A stretch of DNA of 64,000 bases from Anaerolineae bacterium (GTDB taxonomy: Bacteria > Chloroflexota > Anaerolineae > CG2-30-64-16). This document shows, piece by piece, positions 8,992 through 18,683 of the stretch (positions are counted from its first letter, which is position 1; each line of letters begins with the position of its first letter). The stretch lies in assembly GCA_034432655.1 (NCBI GenBank), contig DAOUBP010000162.1, forward strand, positions 18,827 through 82,826, written 5' to 3'. The notes beneath the pieces are model-generated. The model was not told where the DNA came from and did no database searches. It saw nothing but the letters and a program-made list of their open reading frames with translations. The position numbers were made by a program, and so were the translations under genes.

Positions 8992-9876
8992 CTACGCAAG
9001 GCCATGCTGCAGCTTGAACGCGCGCACCGTATTCGTCAGCAGCATGGCGATCGTCATCGGCCCCACGCCGCCGGGGACGGGGGTGATGTAACTTGCCACC
9101 TCGACCGCCTCGCTGAACGCGACGTCGCCCACCAGGCGGAACCCGCTCTTCTTGGTGGGATCGTCAATTCGATTGATGCCGACATCTATGACCACTGCGC
9201 CGGGCTTGATCCAGTCCCCGCGCACGTACTCAGGCCGGCCGATGGCTGCTACCACGATGTCTCCCCGCCGCACCTTGTCGGGTAGATCGCGCGTCTTGCT
9301 GTGGCAGACGGTGACCGTGGCGTCGGCGTTTTGCAGCAACGCTGCCACCGGCACACCCACGATGTTGCTGCGGCCCACCACCACCGCATCCTTCCCGGCG
9401 ATCTCGATGCCGGAGCGGACGAGCAGCTCGATGCAGCCGGCCGGCGTGCACGGGATGAACTGCGGCGTGCGTCCCTTCATGACCAGTTGGCCGATGTTCA
9501 TCGGATGGAATCCATCCACGTCCTTGTCCAGGCTGATCAGGTCAAGCACGCGCTGTTCGTTCAACCCTTTGGGCAAAGGCAGCTGCACCAGGATGCCGTT
9601 GACGGTCGGGTCGGCGTTGAGGGCGCGCACCAGGTCCTCCAGCTCCGCCTGGCTGATAGTCGCCGGCAGGCGATGGGTGATCGAACCCATGCCGGCCTCT
9701 TCACACGCCTTACCTTTAGAAGCCACATAGGTCTGCGAGGCCGGGTTGTCGCCCACCAGCACGGCCGCCAGGGTCGGCACCTGGCCGGTCAGCGCCTTGA
9801 GCCGGGCCGCTTCGGCCGCGGCCTCCTGGCGCACGGCTTCGGCGATGGCCTTGCCGTCAATAAGTTTCGCTGTCAT
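8992..9876 (-). CDS. folD: Bifunctional methylene-THF dehydrogenase/cyclohydrolase
   Basis: [59 protein letters not shown]. Confidence 0.98.
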   Translation of the reverse strand: MTAKLIDGKAIAEAVRQEAAAEAARLKALTGQVPTLAAVLVGDNPASQTYVASKGKACEEAGMGSITHRLPATISQAELEDLVRALNADPTVNGILVQLPLPKGLNEQRVLDLISLDKDVDGFHPMNIGQLVMKGRTPQFIPCTPAGCIELLVRSGIEIAGKDAVVVGRSNIVGVPVAALLQNADATVTVCHSKTRDLPDKVRRGDIVVAAIGRPEYVRGDWIKPGAVVIDVGINRIDDPTKKSGFRLVGDVAFSEAVEVASYITPVPGGVGPMTIAMLLTNTVRAFKLQHGLA

Positions 9877-9898
9877 GGATTGCTCCTTATGACCAGTT

Positions 9899-9968
9899 GT
9901 TGGGATGTTAGATATTGGATATTAGATGTTGGCGGTCACGCTAATACCTGATACCCAATACATACCCA
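9899..9968. repeat. Head-to-head heptamer array (ATATTRG)n ... (CYAATAC)n
   Basis: ATGTTAG ATATTGG ATATTAG ATGTTGG then CTAATAC CTGATAC CCAATAC. Confidence 0.7.
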
Positions 9969-9972
9969 TTTC

Positions 9973-10884
9973 CTAACACTCTTCACACTTTAGCAGGTAC
10001 TCATACGCGTTCAGCGCGGCTTTGGCGCCCTCACCGATGGCGATGACCACCTGCTCGGCCGGCAGATGCGTCACATCGCCGGCCGCGAACAGGCCAGGGA
10101 CGGTGGTCTCGCCGCCGCAGTTCACCACCACGCGGCCCTGTTCGTCCAGGTCGGCCAGCCCTCGTACCAGCTCGCTGTGAGGCCGCAAGCCCAACTCGAC
10201 GAAGATCACGTCCACATCCAGGACGCGTTGGGTCCCATCCGGCGCGCGCACCACCAGCTGCCGCGCGAAGGTGTCCCCTTCCACAGCTACCGGTTCCCAA
10301 TTTTCCAACAACTCCACATGCACCGCCGTCCGGACACGCCGGCCTAACGGTGTATCCAGATCACCGTGCGTCGGAGCTACCAGGTAAAGCCGGTCCACGA
10401 TCTGCATCAGTTCGCCCGCCCCGCGCAGGGCCATGGGGCCAGAACCTACCAGCGCCACCCGCTTGTCAATGTACAGCGGCGCGTAACTGACGGTGGAATA
10501 CGCCACCCCGCGCAGGAAATACCGATCGGCGCCGGGCACATTAAGACGAACGGCATCGGCGCCTGTGGCCAGGATGACGGTACGGCTCTCCAGCTGTTTG
10601 CCACTGGCAGTGGTGACCACAAAACCTTTGGCGGTCTTCTCTAGCCTGGTCACCTTCTCCAACATGCGGGTGAAATCCAGATACTCGATCTCGTTGCGAA
10701 AACGGCGCACCAGGTCGGCTCCGTTGACCACATTGTGCGTGTCCACTCCCTCGACGAGTAGGTGGGCATTGGCCTTGCCGCCCAGGTCAGGGCTGATCAG
10801 CATGCAATTCAGCCGTTTGCGGATGGCATACACGGCTGCAGTCAACCCTGCCGGTCCACCGCCGATGATGATAAGGTCGTACAT
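9973..10884 (-). CDS. Thioredoxin-reductase-like flavoprotein lacking the internal CxxC, with C-terminal CEEC
   Basis: IIGGGPAG and GLFAAGD FAD motifs; RGVAYSTVSY where TrxB has RGVSYCATCD; ends ...LLKCEEC. Confidence 0.85.
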   Translation of the reverse strand: MYDLIIIGGGPAGLTAAVYAIRKRLNCMLISPDLGGKANAHLLVEGVDTHNVVNGADLVRRFRNEIEYLDFTRMLEKVTRLEKTAKGFVVTTASGKQLESRTVILATGADAVRLNVPGADRYFLRGVAYSTVSYAPLYIDKRVALVGSGPMALRGAGELMQIVDRLYLVAPTHGDLDTPLGRRVRTAVHVELLENWEPVAVEGDTFARQLVVRAPDGTQRVLDVDVIFVELGLRPHSELVRGLADLDEQGRVVVNCGGETTVPGLFAAGDVTHLPAEQVVIAIGEGAKAALNAYEYLLKCEEC

Positions 10885-10898
10885 GGTGTGACTCCTTT

Positions 10899-12263
10899 CT
10901 ACTCCGCCGGTGGCTCGGCGATCAACCCTGTCTCCATCATCACTTCCGTCACCTTGCGCGAGCGCAGAATGATTTCCGCGGCATGTTTGAACAGGGTATC
11001 TTCATCAACTTGTAGCCGGGCGATGCCCTGTTCCTGGGCCTTCATGCCGACGGCTACTGCCTCCTGGGCGAACACCTCCCACTCGACCATCGTCGGCAGG
11101 ATGCAGCGCGGATCCATGCCGCCGTCAGGCGCAGCGGCCGCCAACGCCTTGGCAGCCGCAATGCACATTTCATCGGTGATGGTCCGGGCCCGTACATCCA
11201 GGGCCCCGCGGAAGATGCCGGGGAAGCCCAGTGAGTTATTGACCTGGTTCGGAAAATCGGAACGGCCGGTGGCCACGATGCGAGCGCCGGCTGCTTCGGC
11301 CTCCCACGGCCAGATCTCAGGCACCGGATTGGCGCAGGCGAACACGATGGCGTCATCGGCCATGGCGCTGACCCACTCCGGCAAGATGGTGCCTGGCCCT
11401 GGCTTGCTCAAAGCGATACAGACATCTGCCCCGACCAGCGCTTCCGCAATGCCACCTGTCCGGCCCTCCGCGTTGGTCATCTGGCACAGCCGCCATTTGT
11501 CCACGAACTCCGCGCGGCGCATGAAGATATCTTGCCGCTTAGCATGCAGGATGCCCTGGCTGTCCACCACCCGGCATTTCGCCGGATCCACCCCGGCCTT
11601 GAAGCACAATCGCGTAATGGCCACGTTAGAGGCGCCAGAGCCCACGAAAACAATCTGGGCCTCGTTGATCGGCTTGCCCACGATCTTCAAAGCGTTGAGC
11701 AGTCCGGCCAGCGTCACACAGGCGGTCCCTTGCTGATCGTCGTGCCACACCGGGATCTCAGCCTGCTCACGCAAGGTGTCAAGCACGCGGAAGCATTTAG
11801 GCTGCGCAATATCCTCCAAATTAACGCCGCCGAAGGACGGCTGCAGCAGCAGTACCGTGCGGATAATCTCGTCCGGGTCTTTGGTGTCCAACATAATCGG
11901 CACCGCATCCACGCCGCCCAGCCACTTGAACAGCATGGCCTTCCCTTCCATCACAGGCAGGCCTGCTTTCGGGCCGATGTCACCCAGGCCAAGCACCCGG
12001 GTACCGTCCGAGACCACAGCTACGGTGTTCCATTTGTTGGTATACTCGTAGACCAGCTCCGGATCTTTCTGAATGGCGCGGCACGGAGCCGCAACGCCGG
12101 GGGTGTACCAGATGGCGAAATCGTCCAACGAGCGGATGCATCCCTTGGGCACCGTCTCGATCTTGCCACGATAGAAGGGATGCAGCCTCAAGGCATCGGC
12201 CGAGGGCTTTTGCGCTTTGGCCAGCAGCTCCTGGACGTCAGGGACTTCTTTGACTTTGTCCAT
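10899..12263 (-). CDS. NAD(P)-dependent malic enzyme
   Basis: YTPGVA, VVSDGTRVLGLGDIG, PVMEGK, NLEDIAQP, HDDQQGT, FACANPVPE, GRSDFPNQVNN. Confidence 0.95.
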   Translation of the reverse strand: MDKVKEVPDVQELLAKAQKPSADALRLHPFYRGKIETVPKGCIRSLDDFAIWYTPGVAAPCRAIQKDPELVYEYTNKWNTVAVVSDGTRVLGLGDIGPKAGLPVMEGKAMLFKWLGGVDAVPIMLDTKDPDEIIRTVLLLQPSFGGVNLEDIAQPKCFRVLDTLREQAEIPVWHDDQQGTACVTLAGLLNALKIVGKPINEAQIVFVGSGASNVAITRLCFKAGVDPAKCRVVDSQGILHAKRQDIFMRRAEFVDKWRLCQMTNAEGRTGGIAEALVGADVCIALSKPGPGTILPEWVSAMADDAIVFACANPVPEIWPWEAEAAGARIVATGRSDFPNQVNNSLGFPGIFRGALDVRARTITDEMCIAAAKALAAAAPDGGMDPRCILPTMVEWEVFAQEAVAVGMKAQEQGIARLQVDEDTLFKHAAEIILRSRKVTEVMMETGLIAEPPAE

Positions 12264-12283
12264 CGTGCGCCTCCTTGCGCAGA

Positions 12284-12330
12284 CTGGAAGCTGGATACTG
12301 GAAGCTGGATGTTAGCTTCCAGCTTCCAGC
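12284..12330. repeat. Head-to-head heptamer array (CTGGAAG)n ... (CTTCCAG)n
   Basis: CTGGAAG CTGGATA CTGGAAG CTGGATG then CTTCCAG CTTCCAG. Confidence 0.75.
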
Positions 12331-12344
12331 CCCCAATTTTCGTC

Positions 12345-13256
12345 CTACACCCTCAGATACGAGTCCGCGTAGATCACTTTGTTCAGCAAGATTTGGACCG
12401 TCTTCCAGATGGCAACCTGATCGGGATCAGAGAAGTCCACCTTGTCGGGGCTGAGTTCCTCGCCGGCTGCCACCGCATCGTGCAGGGCCAGGACCAGGCG
12501 CCCCACCGGGGTGCTGTCGTCCCGCTGCTCCACGATGCGGATGAACTCCGCCAGTTTGCGATCCAGGGGGTCGGCGATCATCATGTTCAGCCCGGCACCC
12601 ATTAACATGACGCAGTAGACGCGGTTGATCAACGGTCGCATCTCGTTGGGCACTGCGTTGGAGACGTTGCTGAGGCCCACCTGCACCCCGGCCCCGGTCA
12701 CTTGCAGCGTGCGCACCGCTTCGATGCATTCCGGGACATACTCCTGGCAACCGCTGACGGTCAGCACCAGGGGATCAATGATCAGGTCCTCCAGCGGCAG
12801 GCCGACCTCCTCACAGCGCGGGATGAGGTACTCCAGCGCGATGTTCACCCGCTCTTCCGCGCTGACCGGGATGCCCTCGCTTTTCATGGTCAAAGCGATG
12901 AGCTTGGTGTTGTACTTCTTGGCCACCAGCGGCACCTTTTCCAGCCGTTCCGGCTCGGCCGAGGTGGAGTTGATGATGGGCTGCTGTTTGACGATCTCGC
13001 AGGCCGCTTCAATGGCCGCCAGGTTGGTGGTGTCCAGGCTGAGAGGCACATCCACCACCTCTTGCACCGCGCTGACCAGCCAGGGCAAGATCTCATGCCC
13101 TAATTTCTTCTGCGGGCCGATGTTCAGGTCAATGGCCCAGGCGCCCGCCTCGACCTGTTTTACGGCCAGGTCCTGGAAAAACTTGCGATCGCGATTCGCC
13201 AGGGCCTCCTTGACCCTGGGAGAAAGGATGTGGATATTCTCGCCGATGATTTTCAT
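12345..13256 (-). CDS. acsE: Methyl-THF:corrinoid Fe-S protein methyltransferase (pterin-binding TIM barrel)
   Basis: IIGENI, AIDLNIG, LSLDTTN, IINSTS, IIDPLVL, GLSNVS; inside the acs cluster. Confidence 0.88.
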   Translation of the reverse strand: MKIIGENIHILSPRVKEALANRDRKFFQDLAVKQVEAGAWAIDLNIGPQKKLGHEILPWLVSAVQEVVDVPLSLDTTNLAAIEAACEIVKQQPIINSTSAEPERLEKVPLVAKKYNTKLIALTMKSEGIPVSAEERVNIALEYLIPRCEEVGLPLEDLIIDPLVLTVSGCQEYVPECIEAVRTLQVTGAGVQVGLSNVSNAVPNEMRPLINRVYCVMLMGAGLNMMIADPLDRKLAEFIRIVEQRDDSTPVGRLVLALHDAVAAGEELSPDKVDFSDPDQVAIWKTVQILLNKVIYADSYLRV

Positions 13257-13286
13257 TGGTTTCCTCCCGTTGGATTAGGTGACGAA

Positions 13287-14075
13287 TCACCCGACATACT
13301 GCAGCGCCTCACGCGCTTCCTTGCGCACCACATAGGCGCGATCCCATTCATATCGCTCATCCTCGCCCAAGATACGGCGCAGGATGGCGCCCAGCTCCCA
13401 ACGCTCGCGCGCAGTCATATGGCCGTGCTTGGCCAGCTTGCCAAGGCTGCGCACCGCCTTGGCCCGGATGCCAGGGCTGGTGTCGGCCAGATTGCGGATC
13501 AACTGTTCCTGGAACCCAAGCCGGATCTCCTCAGGGAGCTGACCGGCCGGGATGGATTCCGCAAATTTGCCGATGGCGCGTGTGGCCGTATCGCGCAACT
13601 CCTGGTCAGGCGAACTGGCGGCCTCCAGAGCAATGTGCGCTGCCTTGACGATCTCCGGCGACTTGATCTTGCCCAGCGCATACAACAGGAAGGCACGGCA
13701 CGAGGGATCCGGACAGGTGGACTCATACTCGGCCAACAAAGGCGCGATAGCCTTGGCGCCCATCCAGCCCAGGGCCTGAGCGATCGCCATCTGGGCCTTG
13801 ACATCACCGGCCTCCAGGCTGGCGATCAGGCTGGGGATCACGGCCTCACCCAGGCTGGCCGTCACCATGATCGCCTCTTCGATAGCCGGTACATGCTCCG
13901 GATGATCCAGCGGATCAATGTAAAACAACGGCAGGATCAACTCGCAAAGACGTTGCGCATCTTCCGGGGTAGCCGTGGGCGTTGCCGCTTTCACCAGTGC
14001 CAGGCCTTGCAGCAACTCGGCCGGGTTGTGACTGGACAACAGCTCTCCTATCCGCCGATAGGTTTCCTCCTGCAT
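13287..14075 (-). CDS. HEAT-repeat protein
   Basis: Repeated AIAQALGWMG, LLYALGKI, ATRAIGKF, AVRSLGKL helical units. Confidence 0.8.
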   Translation of the reverse strand: MQEETYRRIGELLSSHNPAELLQGLALVKAATPTATPEDAQRLCELILPLFYIDPLDHPEHVPAIEEAIMVTASLGEAVIPSLIASLEAGDVKAQMAIAQALGWMGAKAIAPLLAEYESTCPDPSCRAFLLYALGKIKSPEIVKAAHIALEAASSPDQELRDTATRAIGKFAESIPAGQLPEEIRLGFQEQLIRNLADTSPGIRAKAVRSLGKLAKHGHMTARERWELGAILRRILGEDERYEWDRAYVVRKEAREALQYVG

Positions 14076-14099
14076 GCTTCTTCCTCCTCTTCGTCTCCT

Positions 14100-15128
14100 T
14101 CATGCTACCTTGAGCACTTTGGCGCCGCGTATTTTGCGGGCTTTCAGCTCCTGCAAGGCCTGATTTGCTTCTTCCAGGGCATACACTTGAACCTCGGGGA
14201 CGATTGGGATCTCGGCAGCGAGGGCCAGGAACTCAGAAACATCCTGGCGGGTCACATTAGCCACACTGACGATCTCTTTCTCCTGCCACAAATGAACCGG
14301 ATAATCCAGGTTCATGAGATAGTGTTTGTCCCCCTCCTCCTTGCGGATGGCGTTGATGACCAGGCGGCCGCCCGGGGCGAGGTTGCGGAGCGCCTCGACG
14401 ATCGGCTTCCAGACCGGCGTAGTGTCAATGATGGCATGCAACGGCCGGGGCGCCGTATCTGCGGTATCCCCCGCCCACACCGCCCCCAGCTCACGGGCAA
14501 ACGCCTGCTCGGCCGGGGTGCGGGTGAAGACAAAGACCTGGACGTCGGGGTAACGATGACGCACCATCTTCAACACCAGGTGGGCCGAAGCCCCAAAACC
14601 GGTCAATCCCAGATTCTGGCCGTTGCGCAACCCGCTCAACCGCACCGAACGGTAGCCGATAGCGCCGGCGCACAGCAAAGGTGCGGCCTGGACATCGGTG
14701 AAGACCGCCGGAATCGGCAGCGCAAAGGCGGCCGGCACGACCATCAACTCTGCATAGCCGCCGTGGGCATCGCGGCCGGTGGCCCGAAACTGCGGGCACA
14801 GGTTTTCCCGGCCGGAGGCACAAAACTCGCAGGCGCCGCAAGCAGAGTAAATCCAGGCTACCCCTACCCGGTCCCCTTCACGAAAGCCGGAGACGCCGGG
14901 CCCCAGCGCGGCCACACGGCCGACAACCTGGTGCCCCGGAATCACAGGCAAGACGGGCGGCGGTGTGCGGCCCTCGATCTCATCCAACTCGGTATGGCAC
15001 ACCCCGCAGGCCGCGACCCGCACCAGGATTTCGCCTGGTCCAGGGGTCGGGTCGGGCCACACCACGGGTTGCAGAGGTTGGGGCTCCTCTTCAAGCCGAC
15101 AAAGCCGGGTAAGCACCAGCGCGCGCAT
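14100..15128 (-). CDS. Zinc-dependent alcohol dehydrogenase family protein
   Basis: CGVCHTE, PGHQVVG, CGACEFCASGRENLC, LLCAGAIGY, GFGASAH. Confidence 0.93.
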   Translation of the reverse strand: MRALVLTRLCRLEEEPQPLQPVVWPDPTPGPGEILVRVAACGVCHTELDEIEGRTPPPVLPVIPGHQVVGRVAALGPGVSGFREGDRVGVAWIYSACGACEFCASGRENLCPQFRATGRDAHGGYAELMVVPAAFALPIPAVFTDVQAAPLLCAGAIGYRSVRLSGLRNGQNLGLTGFGASAHLVLKMVRHRYPDVQVFVFTRTPAEQAFARELGAVWAGDTADTAPRPLHAIIDTTPVWKPIVEALRNLAPGGRLVINAIRKEEGDKHYLMNLDYPVHLWQEKEIVSVANVTRQDVSEFLALAAEIPIVPEVQVYALEEANQALQELKARKIRGAKVLKVA

Positions 15129-15138
15129 CGCACCGTCC

Positions 15139-15900
15139 TTACGGGTCGTGATTTCCCAGCAATTTCCGGGCCACCTCGGCCACTGCCCTGCTGATGGGCG
15201 CATCCGCGGGCAGCTCGACCAGTGGCCGGCCCTGGCTATCGAACTCGGCTACCAGCGGATCATAGGGCAACACGGCCAGCAAAGGCACACCCAACGACTC
15301 AGCCCGGGCTTGTAACGATGCCGGCAGCTCGCCGCCCTGGACCCGGTTGATCACCAGATAGGTGTGGCGGACGTTGATCTCCAGCTCTTTGCTCAACGCG
15401 ACCATCGCCTCGGCGGCCGCCAGCCCTCGCAACGTGGGATCGCTGACCAGGAGGAGGTGATCCACGTCACGCGTGGTCCGCCGGCTGAGGTGCTCCATGC
15501 CGGCCTCATTGTCCATCACCACCCAGTCATAGCCGCGGTTGATGCCGTCAATAATGGTGCGCAACAAATGGTTGGCAGCGCAGTAGCAACCCTGTCCCTC
15601 CGGCCGGCCCATTGCTAACAGATCGAAATCATCACCTTCTTCCACCGCCATGCGGACCGCATAGCTGAGAAAATCTTGACGGGTTTGGCCGGGTTGGACC
15701 CCTTCGCGCGCATCCTCGCGGATGTCGCCCACGGTTTGCGTCAACGGCAACCCAAGCACCAGATGCAGGTTGCTGCTGGGGTCGGCGTCAATGGCCAGGA
15801 TTTTGCCCCCTTTGTGGCGCGCCAGATGGCGGATCATCAGCCCGGAAAGGGTTGTCTTCCCCGTCCCCCCTTTCCCGGCGATGGCGATCGTGGTTGTCAT
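15139..15900 (-). CDS. cooC: Ni-insertion ATPase CooC/AcsF
   Basis: AGKGGTGKTT, AIDADP, MGRPEGQGCYCAAN (CxC), DNEAGMEHLSR. Confidence 0.93.
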   Translation of the reverse strand: MTTTIAIAGKGGTGKTTLSGLMIRHLARHKGGKILAIDADPSSNLHLVLGLPLTQTVGDIREDAREGVQPGQTRQDFLSYAVRMAVEEGDDFDLLAMGRPEGQGCYCAANHLLRTIIDGINRGYDWVVMDNEAGMEHLSRRTTRDVDHLLLVSDPTLRGLAAAEAMVALSKELEINVRHTYLVINRVQGGELPASLQARAESLGVPLLAVLPYDPLVAEFDSQGRPLVELPADAPISRAVAEVARKLLGNHDP

Positions 15901-15913
15901 GCAAAACTCCGTA

Positions 15914-16495
15914 TTAGAAATTATCGGCTGGCCGCTTCAAAAAGTTAATGAGCACAATCATATCCAGCGTGTCGCCGTCGGGAGTCATAAACAGATCCTT
16001 CCAGACGAACTGCCGCTCGAACCCCTGCCGCTCAAAAGCGTGGATAACTTGCGGCCGGCTTTCGACGATCTCGGCGATGACCTGATGCAGGCCAAGTTTG
16101 CGGGCGACCTCCACCTGAGAACGGATCATGGCCGAGCCGATGCCACACCGCCGGTACTCTTTGGCGAGAAAGATGCGGATCTCGGCGACGTGCCGGGTGT
16201 AGCCCGATCCCAGATGCAAGGTGCTGTTACCGACGATTTGCTCACCCACCACGGCGACCAGTGGAAAGATGCGCGTGTAATCCGGCTGCTCGGCCCAGCG
16301 GGCAACGACCGTCTTGTCGGCCACGTTGCTGCGAAAGAACTGCAGTTCGTCATCCGGGAGCGAGCTGAACAAAGCCACCAACGAGTCGCGATCCTTGGGC
16401 ATCAACGGCCGCAGCAAGACGCGCAGCCCGTTGGGCAACGTAAGCAGATGCCGATAGGTGACAAGCTGTTCGACCGAAATGTTGGAGATAGCCAT
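15914..16495 (-). CDS. GNAT family N-acetyltransferase
   Basis: LLRPLMPKD, IFLAKEYRRCGIGSAM, IHAFERQGF. Confidence 0.85.
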   Translation of the reverse strand: MAISNISVEQLVTYRHLLTLPNGLRVLLRPLMPKDRDSLVALFSSLPDDELQFFRSNVADKTVVARWAEQPDYTRIFPLVAVVGEQIVGNSTLHLGSGYTRHVAEIRIFLAKEYRRCGIGSAMIRSQVEVARKLGLHQVIAEIVESRPQVIHAFERQGFERQFVWKDLFMTPDGDTLDMIVLINFLKRPADNF

Positions 16496-16512
16496 GAGCC
16501 CTCCTCCTTCCC

Positions 16513-18537
16513 TCAAGCACGCTGCGCCAGCATGGCCTGCACCGACGGGAACCGGCTCAGGTCAGTGTGGGGCAGGAACATGGCGGACATGAACGCATCG
16601 TAGAAAGAATTATCCGCCGACAGCTCCAGGTAGGTCATCATGCGCGCGACATCCACCAGGTGTGCCCGTACATCGCGGCGCAACAGCGCCATGTAGGCAC
16701 CCCGGATGGCCGTATTGCCCAGGAACTTGAAGCGATCCCAGGGGGAATGACTGCCGGGCGGCGGCGGCAGATCGGGCAACAGACCGATCTGCACCGCTTT
16801 CTCAACGTTGATGTACTGGCCGAAGGAGCCGCCGATCAACATCGTTGACACGTCAGCCAGGTCAACCCCCACGCTTTGCGCCATGACGTTGAACCCGGCA
16901 TAGATCGCCGCTTTGGCGCGCATCAGGTTGTCAATGTCCACTTTGGTAATGACGATGTCCTGGCCGGTGGCGGATTCCTCTCCCCAGACGACCACATATT
17001 CCGGGCCGTGTTGGCCCTCGCGGATGCGCGGGGAAGCGCCGATATTCAAGTTGCCGGCTTTGTCAATCACGCCCGTGACGAACATCTCGGCTAACAGGGA
17101 TAGCAGGCCCGAGCCACAGATGCCGCGCGGCTTTTCACCCGGCTTGCCGATCACCCGGTAAGTCGGCTCCAGGGTCTCGCTGTGGATCCATACCTCCTCA
17201 ATGGCGCCTACCGTGGCCCGCATGCCGTGCTGGACGCCGGCGCCTTCAAACGCGGGCCCGGCCGAACAGGCACAGCTGATCATCCAATCCGCGTTGCCCA
17301 GCACGGTTTCGCCGTTGGTGCCCACGTCTATGAACAGCGTCAGCTCCGGCGATTCGTCCATCCGGGCGCTCAAAACGCCGGCACTGATATCTGCACCGAC
17401 GTAGCTGGCCACCCCCGGCAGGCAATCCACAATCGCCTGCGGGTGCGCGGCCAGATGCAGCTCGCCGGCGGTCAAGGTGGGCGGGTGGTTAACCACCGGC
17501 ACATAGGGCGTCAGCCGGATGGACTCTGGCGGAACAGCCAGCAGTAAATGGATCATGGTGGTGTTGCCGGCGATCGTGAGTTTGAAAAGCTCCTCGGTGC
17601 TTACGCCGGCCTGCTTGCAGGTAGCTTTCAAGAGCCTGTTGATGGTGCCCACCACCAGGTCTTGCAGCTCGGCCAGATGGCCGGGCTTCTTGGCGTAGAT
17701 GATGCGCGAGATCACGTCCTCGCCGCGGGCAATTTGGCCGTTGTAGTCGCTGGCCTGGGCCAGCACCTCGCCGCTCTCCAGGTCCACCAGCCAGACGGTC
17801 ACCGTGGTGGTGCCGATATCTATCGCGGCGCCGAAGTTGCGATCTGTCCGGTTGCCGGGCAGCAAGGCCAGCAATTGCGGTGGGCCGTTGGGGCGATCCC
17901 ACGTGTCCAGGGAGACAACCGCGGTTACCTGCCACGGCTGGGCGGTATCGCGCCAGATTTCGGGGATCTCTTCTTCCTCCTGGGTATCAGTGTTGTTTTT
18001 GTCATCATCGGGAATGGCACGCAACACATGCGCCATGCTGCGCAACACGGGAAGACTGACCTGCGGAGCCGGCACGCCCAGCGCGTTGAGCGCCCGCACC
18101 ACCCGGGCCCAGTCGTCAGTCTGATCGGAGAGATCGGGCGGGTCCAGGTCCAGGAAGTAACGCCGGATGGGTTGATGCTGACGGGGGTTGTAGGCAAACG
18201 GCAGCTCCACCCGTGCAGCAGTTTTCTGCGTCACCAGACGGCGCTCGATCACCTCCTGCGGCGGCACGGTGACCCAGGCATCCCCCTCGATCACCGTCTG
18301 ACAGGCCAGGGCATAGCCCCTGGCCACATCCTCCGGCGAAAGACGGATCGTCGAACGTCGGCGGACAGCAGAGCGGCTATCATCAACGATCACAGCGCAA
18401 CGGCCGCAGCGGCCCTGTCCGCCGCAAGGTTGGTTGAGATCGAAGCCGGCCCGCACTGCGGCGTCTGCCAGTGTCGTCCCGCCGGGAACAGTGACAATGA
18501 CGTCGCCGGGGCTGAAATGAATCGTGTATGTGGTCAT
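16513..18537 (-). CDS. acsV: Reductive activator of corrinoid proteins (2Fe-2S + ASKHA/DUF4445; RACo)
   Basis: CGGQGRCGRC...LACQ 2Fe-2S, IDIGTTT, GEDVISRI, IDVGTNGE, AGPAFEG, GICGSG. Confidence 0.92.
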   Translation of the reverse strand: MTTYTIHFSPGDVIVTVPGGTTLADAAVRAGFDLNQPCGGQGRCGRCAVIVDDSRSAVRRRSTIRLSPEDVARGYALACQTVIEGDAWVTVPPQEVIERRLVTQKTAARVELPFAYNPRQHQPIRRYFLDLDPPDLSDQTDDWARVVRALNALGVPAPQVSLPVLRSMAHVLRAIPDDDKNNTDTQEEEEIPEIWRDTAQPWQVTAVVSLDTWDRPNGPPQLLALLPGNRTDRNFGAAIDIGTTTVTVWLVDLESGEVLAQASDYNGQIARGEDVISRIIYAKKPGHLAELQDLVVGTINRLLKATCKQAGVSTEELFKLTIAGNTTMIHLLLAVPPESIRLTPYVPVVNHPPTLTAGELHLAAHPQAIVDCLPGVASYVGADISAGVLSARMDESPELTLFIDVGTNGETVLGNADWMISCACSAGPAFEGAGVQHGMRATVGAIEEVWIHSETLEPTYRVIGKPGEKPRGICGSGLLSLLAEMFVTGVIDKAGNLNIGASPRIREGQHGPEYVVVWGEESATGQDIVITKVDIDNLMRAKAAIYAGFNVMAQSVGVDLADVSTMLIGGSFGQYINVEKAVQIGLLPDLPPPPGSHSPWDRFKFLGNTAIRGAYMALLRRDVRAHLVDVARMMTYLELSADNSFYDAFMSAMFLPHTDLSRFPSVQAMLAQRA

Positions 18538-18554
18538 GATCGGGTTTGTCACCA

Positions 18555-18589
18555 ACTGAAGGCTGGCCGGTTGAAGGTCAGCCTTCAGT
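18555..18589. other. 14-bp hairpin just upstream of the acsV start
   Basis: ACTGAAGGCTGGCC / GGTCAGCCTTCAGT (one non-Watson-Crick pair), 7-nt loop, no U-tract. Confidence 0.55.
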
Positions 18590-18683
18590 CGTTCACTCCT
18601 GATCCCTTTTGCGCTGTAGCATTACTTGCTCTGCGGCATTGGTGTCAAACACACAAATGTCAGGGCGCGGAACAAATTCCACG

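Noticed and set aside
12345-13256. Dihydropteroate synthase (folP)
   Set aside because: Same fold, but the motifs and acs context fit the AcsE methyltransferase
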